Under the pieces are notes generated by a model, which worked only from the letters and a program-made list of their open reading frames with translations, ran no database searches and had not been told where the DNA came from. Shown here one piece after another: positions 61,905-64,000 of a DNA stretch of 64,000 nt. The stretch comes from Eledone cirrhosa (lineage: Eukaryota). Each line of letters starts with the position of its first letter. Positions within the stretch are counted from its first letter, which is position 1. Location of the stretch: NCBI GenBank assembly GCA_964016885.1, contig OZ024747.1, positions 47,616,001 to 47,680,000 on the forward strand, read 5' to 3'. The translations under genes and the position numbers were made by a program.

Positions 61905-62141
61905 TTTCTTCACTTCAACACTTTGTACAATCAACCAAAAAGAAAGTAAAGTTTAATAGTGATTTATTAGTTCAGAACATATCACTAAAAGCTTGTGCAA
62001 GGCTTTGTATGGCAGATGAAGGATTTAGTTGTGGTAGTTTTAATTATTGTCCAGGAAACTCAATGTGTCAAATAACAGGACCTCAACAAAAAGGAATTAA
62101 TGTTGAGGCAAATATTGAAGCAGTATGTTCACATTACATAA
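61905..62141 (+). CDS. Host exon 20, PAN/Apple domain
   Basis: ttgcag|TT...ATAA|gtaag; SLKACARLC..FSCGSFNYC..MCQI..CSHY; 237 nt; phase 1-1. Confidence 0.92.
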
Positions 62142-63534
62142 GTAAGTATTTATTTGGTATTGTTCAGTTGTTAAAACATGAACATTCCTTAAATCACACT
62201 CTCCTTTCACAGAAAATAATATTTAGAGTAATGTCTTTAGGACCTCTGACACTGGAGGGGCCAATACCATTAATGTTCTGCTTTTGCAAGTTCATTTCTT
62301 TTGAAAAAGACATAAGCAGGGAGGGAAGTTCCAGGAAATCAATGTTCAAGGCTGGAAGGTCTGGGTGTAGTGATTAGTGTGATGCTTGAGGGTGGAGCTG
62401 GGATCCCAAGAGTAATAGGAGAAGAGATGAGTCAGGAGTGCTTAAGTTAAGGTGGCATAGGACCAGAAAGGTATAAGAAGCATTGTAGTGGTGGTAGAAG
62501 TGGCAATATAACAAAACAGTTATTTTTCTTGGTATCAGCTCTTTTGAAAATGTGCGTATCTCCCAAGGGTGAGTGGGATACACATACACATATGGTAGTC
62601 TTGTGTAGGATTTAGACAACTCCATCTCTATGCACTGCCTGTTACAGGTAACATCATACATTTTGAATATCTTCCTATAATGACATTGGCCGCCATTTTT
62701 TTATTACCCATCAAAGTAATTTGTTGATTGGGTATTCCTTTTTTCATGATATGATAGAGGGAAGCTCTTGGCTTTGGCACCTTTCTAATTGGATGTTTGT
62801 TAGGATTACTAACAATACTCTTTATTCACAAGAAAGCTTCTGCTGAAAAGTATATTTAAAATTCAACAGACTGCTTAGGCCTTAGAAGATAAAGAAATAT
62901 AAATTAAGTAATTCTAACATGATTAGTTGTGGGGAGGGAAAAAATACCAGAAATTTATATATATCATCATCATCATCATCACCATTTTACGTCCGCTTTT
63001 CCCTGCTTGCAAGGATGGGACAGGAACTGATTTTGGCTTGATTTCTACAGCTGGATGCCCTTCCTAACACCAACCTCATTTACAGTGAGTGCTGGGTTCT
63101 TTTTTTCCATGGTACCTACACACCACTTTGCAGTGGAATGATAGGGACCCCCAGTCCCCTATCATTCCACTGCTTCCATCCCATTTCTACAGCTGACTAA
63201 ACAGGAGCAATGTGAAATAAAGTGTCTTGTTCAAGGAGGCCAATACTCTAACCACTAAGCCATGTGCCTCCATATATATATATATATATATATATATTTG
63301 TATATATATATATATATATATATTTGTATATATATTCTTAACTGTTGGTCAATCAATGATAAATATTGAGTGCCAGCTAAATTAACTATAGGGATATAAA
63401 ATATACAGAAGCGAAAACCAACCCATACCAATCAGTGAGTGTGTTTTATTATGTATTTCTGGCAATATTATAACAATATGACCCTCCCCAAATATAACAA
63501 TATATATCTATATCAATATATATATATATATATA

Positions 63535-64000
63535 AAGAATGAATAATAACAGGTAGACATCATAAAAAGGTAATTTATTCCGTGTGCTTACAAATGTTTC
63601 CTCGGGTGTTGTACAGCCTAGTTGTATGTGCAAATTTATAACTATTTGCAAAACTCAAATATCAAATGTTGTTACCACTGTTTCCTCAGAGCAGAATGGT
63701 TAAAATGTAAAATGTAAATACCCTTAAGGCAAGTTATTGGGGAAGATAGAAAACAAGTGAAACTACGCTAGCAAACATTAACAACGAAGCATACAAGGTA
63801 GTGAAGAATCTCAAGATAGACGATAGAACCGAGCCGATTATACTCGCAACCCCCACCTTTAACCTGAAGGACCATAAGGTAAATTTTTGCTCTAACCCTA
63901 AGATTAGACTTATATGCCCTTCTAAATCGGACATAGGAAAAATTAGCAAACATATACTTGACAGAGTAATAACTCAATTGAAAAAGAAAATAGAAATTAA
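63535..64000 (+). mobile_element. Second Penelope-like element: probable inverted pLTR piece followed by RT fragment running off the window
   Basis: Frame from 63750: TLANINNEAYKVVKNLKIDDR..FNLKDHKVNFCSNPKIRLICPSKSDIGKISKHILD, homologous to the RT in 22402-23388. Preceded by (TA)n. Confidence 0.85.

Larger units (their letters stand above)
5338..62141 (+). other. Multi-exon host gene (20 exons seen, both ends outside window): ependymin/LolA-like + putative SEA-like + PAN/Apple repeat protein
   Basis: All exons are AG/GT-bounded with compatible phases; concatenated 2728 nt is open. Internal duplication: exons 3 and 13 are both 124 nt with FD(I/V)SSCY; exons 4 and 14 are both 165 nt. Confidence 0.88.

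Noticed and set aside
61829-62377. 182-aa single-exon gene
   Set aside because: Only 61905-62141 is PAN-like and splice-bounded; the rest is intron read-through.

Overview
AT-rich, repeat-saturated animal genomic DNA. The SINE, RTE and Penelope repertoire and the (TA)n/(CAT)n microsatellites suggest an octopus or other cephalopod (inference). One large + strand gene crosses the window. I could splice 20 GT-AG exons (5338-62141; 2728 nt, about 909 aa, no stops, all phases compatible; start and stop lie outside the window). It encodes repeated modules of an ependymin/LolA-like domain and a putative SEA-like domain interrupted by a PAN/Apple exon, followed by three tandem PAN exons. The introns and upstream flank hold a near-intact Tx1/L1 retrotransposon, a deleted mariner, several RTE LINE copies with a PHD finger inside the RT, a near-full Hydra-type Penelope element with hammerhead ribozymes in inverted pseudo-LTRs, a second Penelope, a non-autonomous Helitron, hAT and piggyBac-like MITEs, tRNA-derived SINEs and a 10.3-kb 14-bp satellite with higher-order structure. 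Most ORFs in the supplied track are antisense or repeat artefacts.
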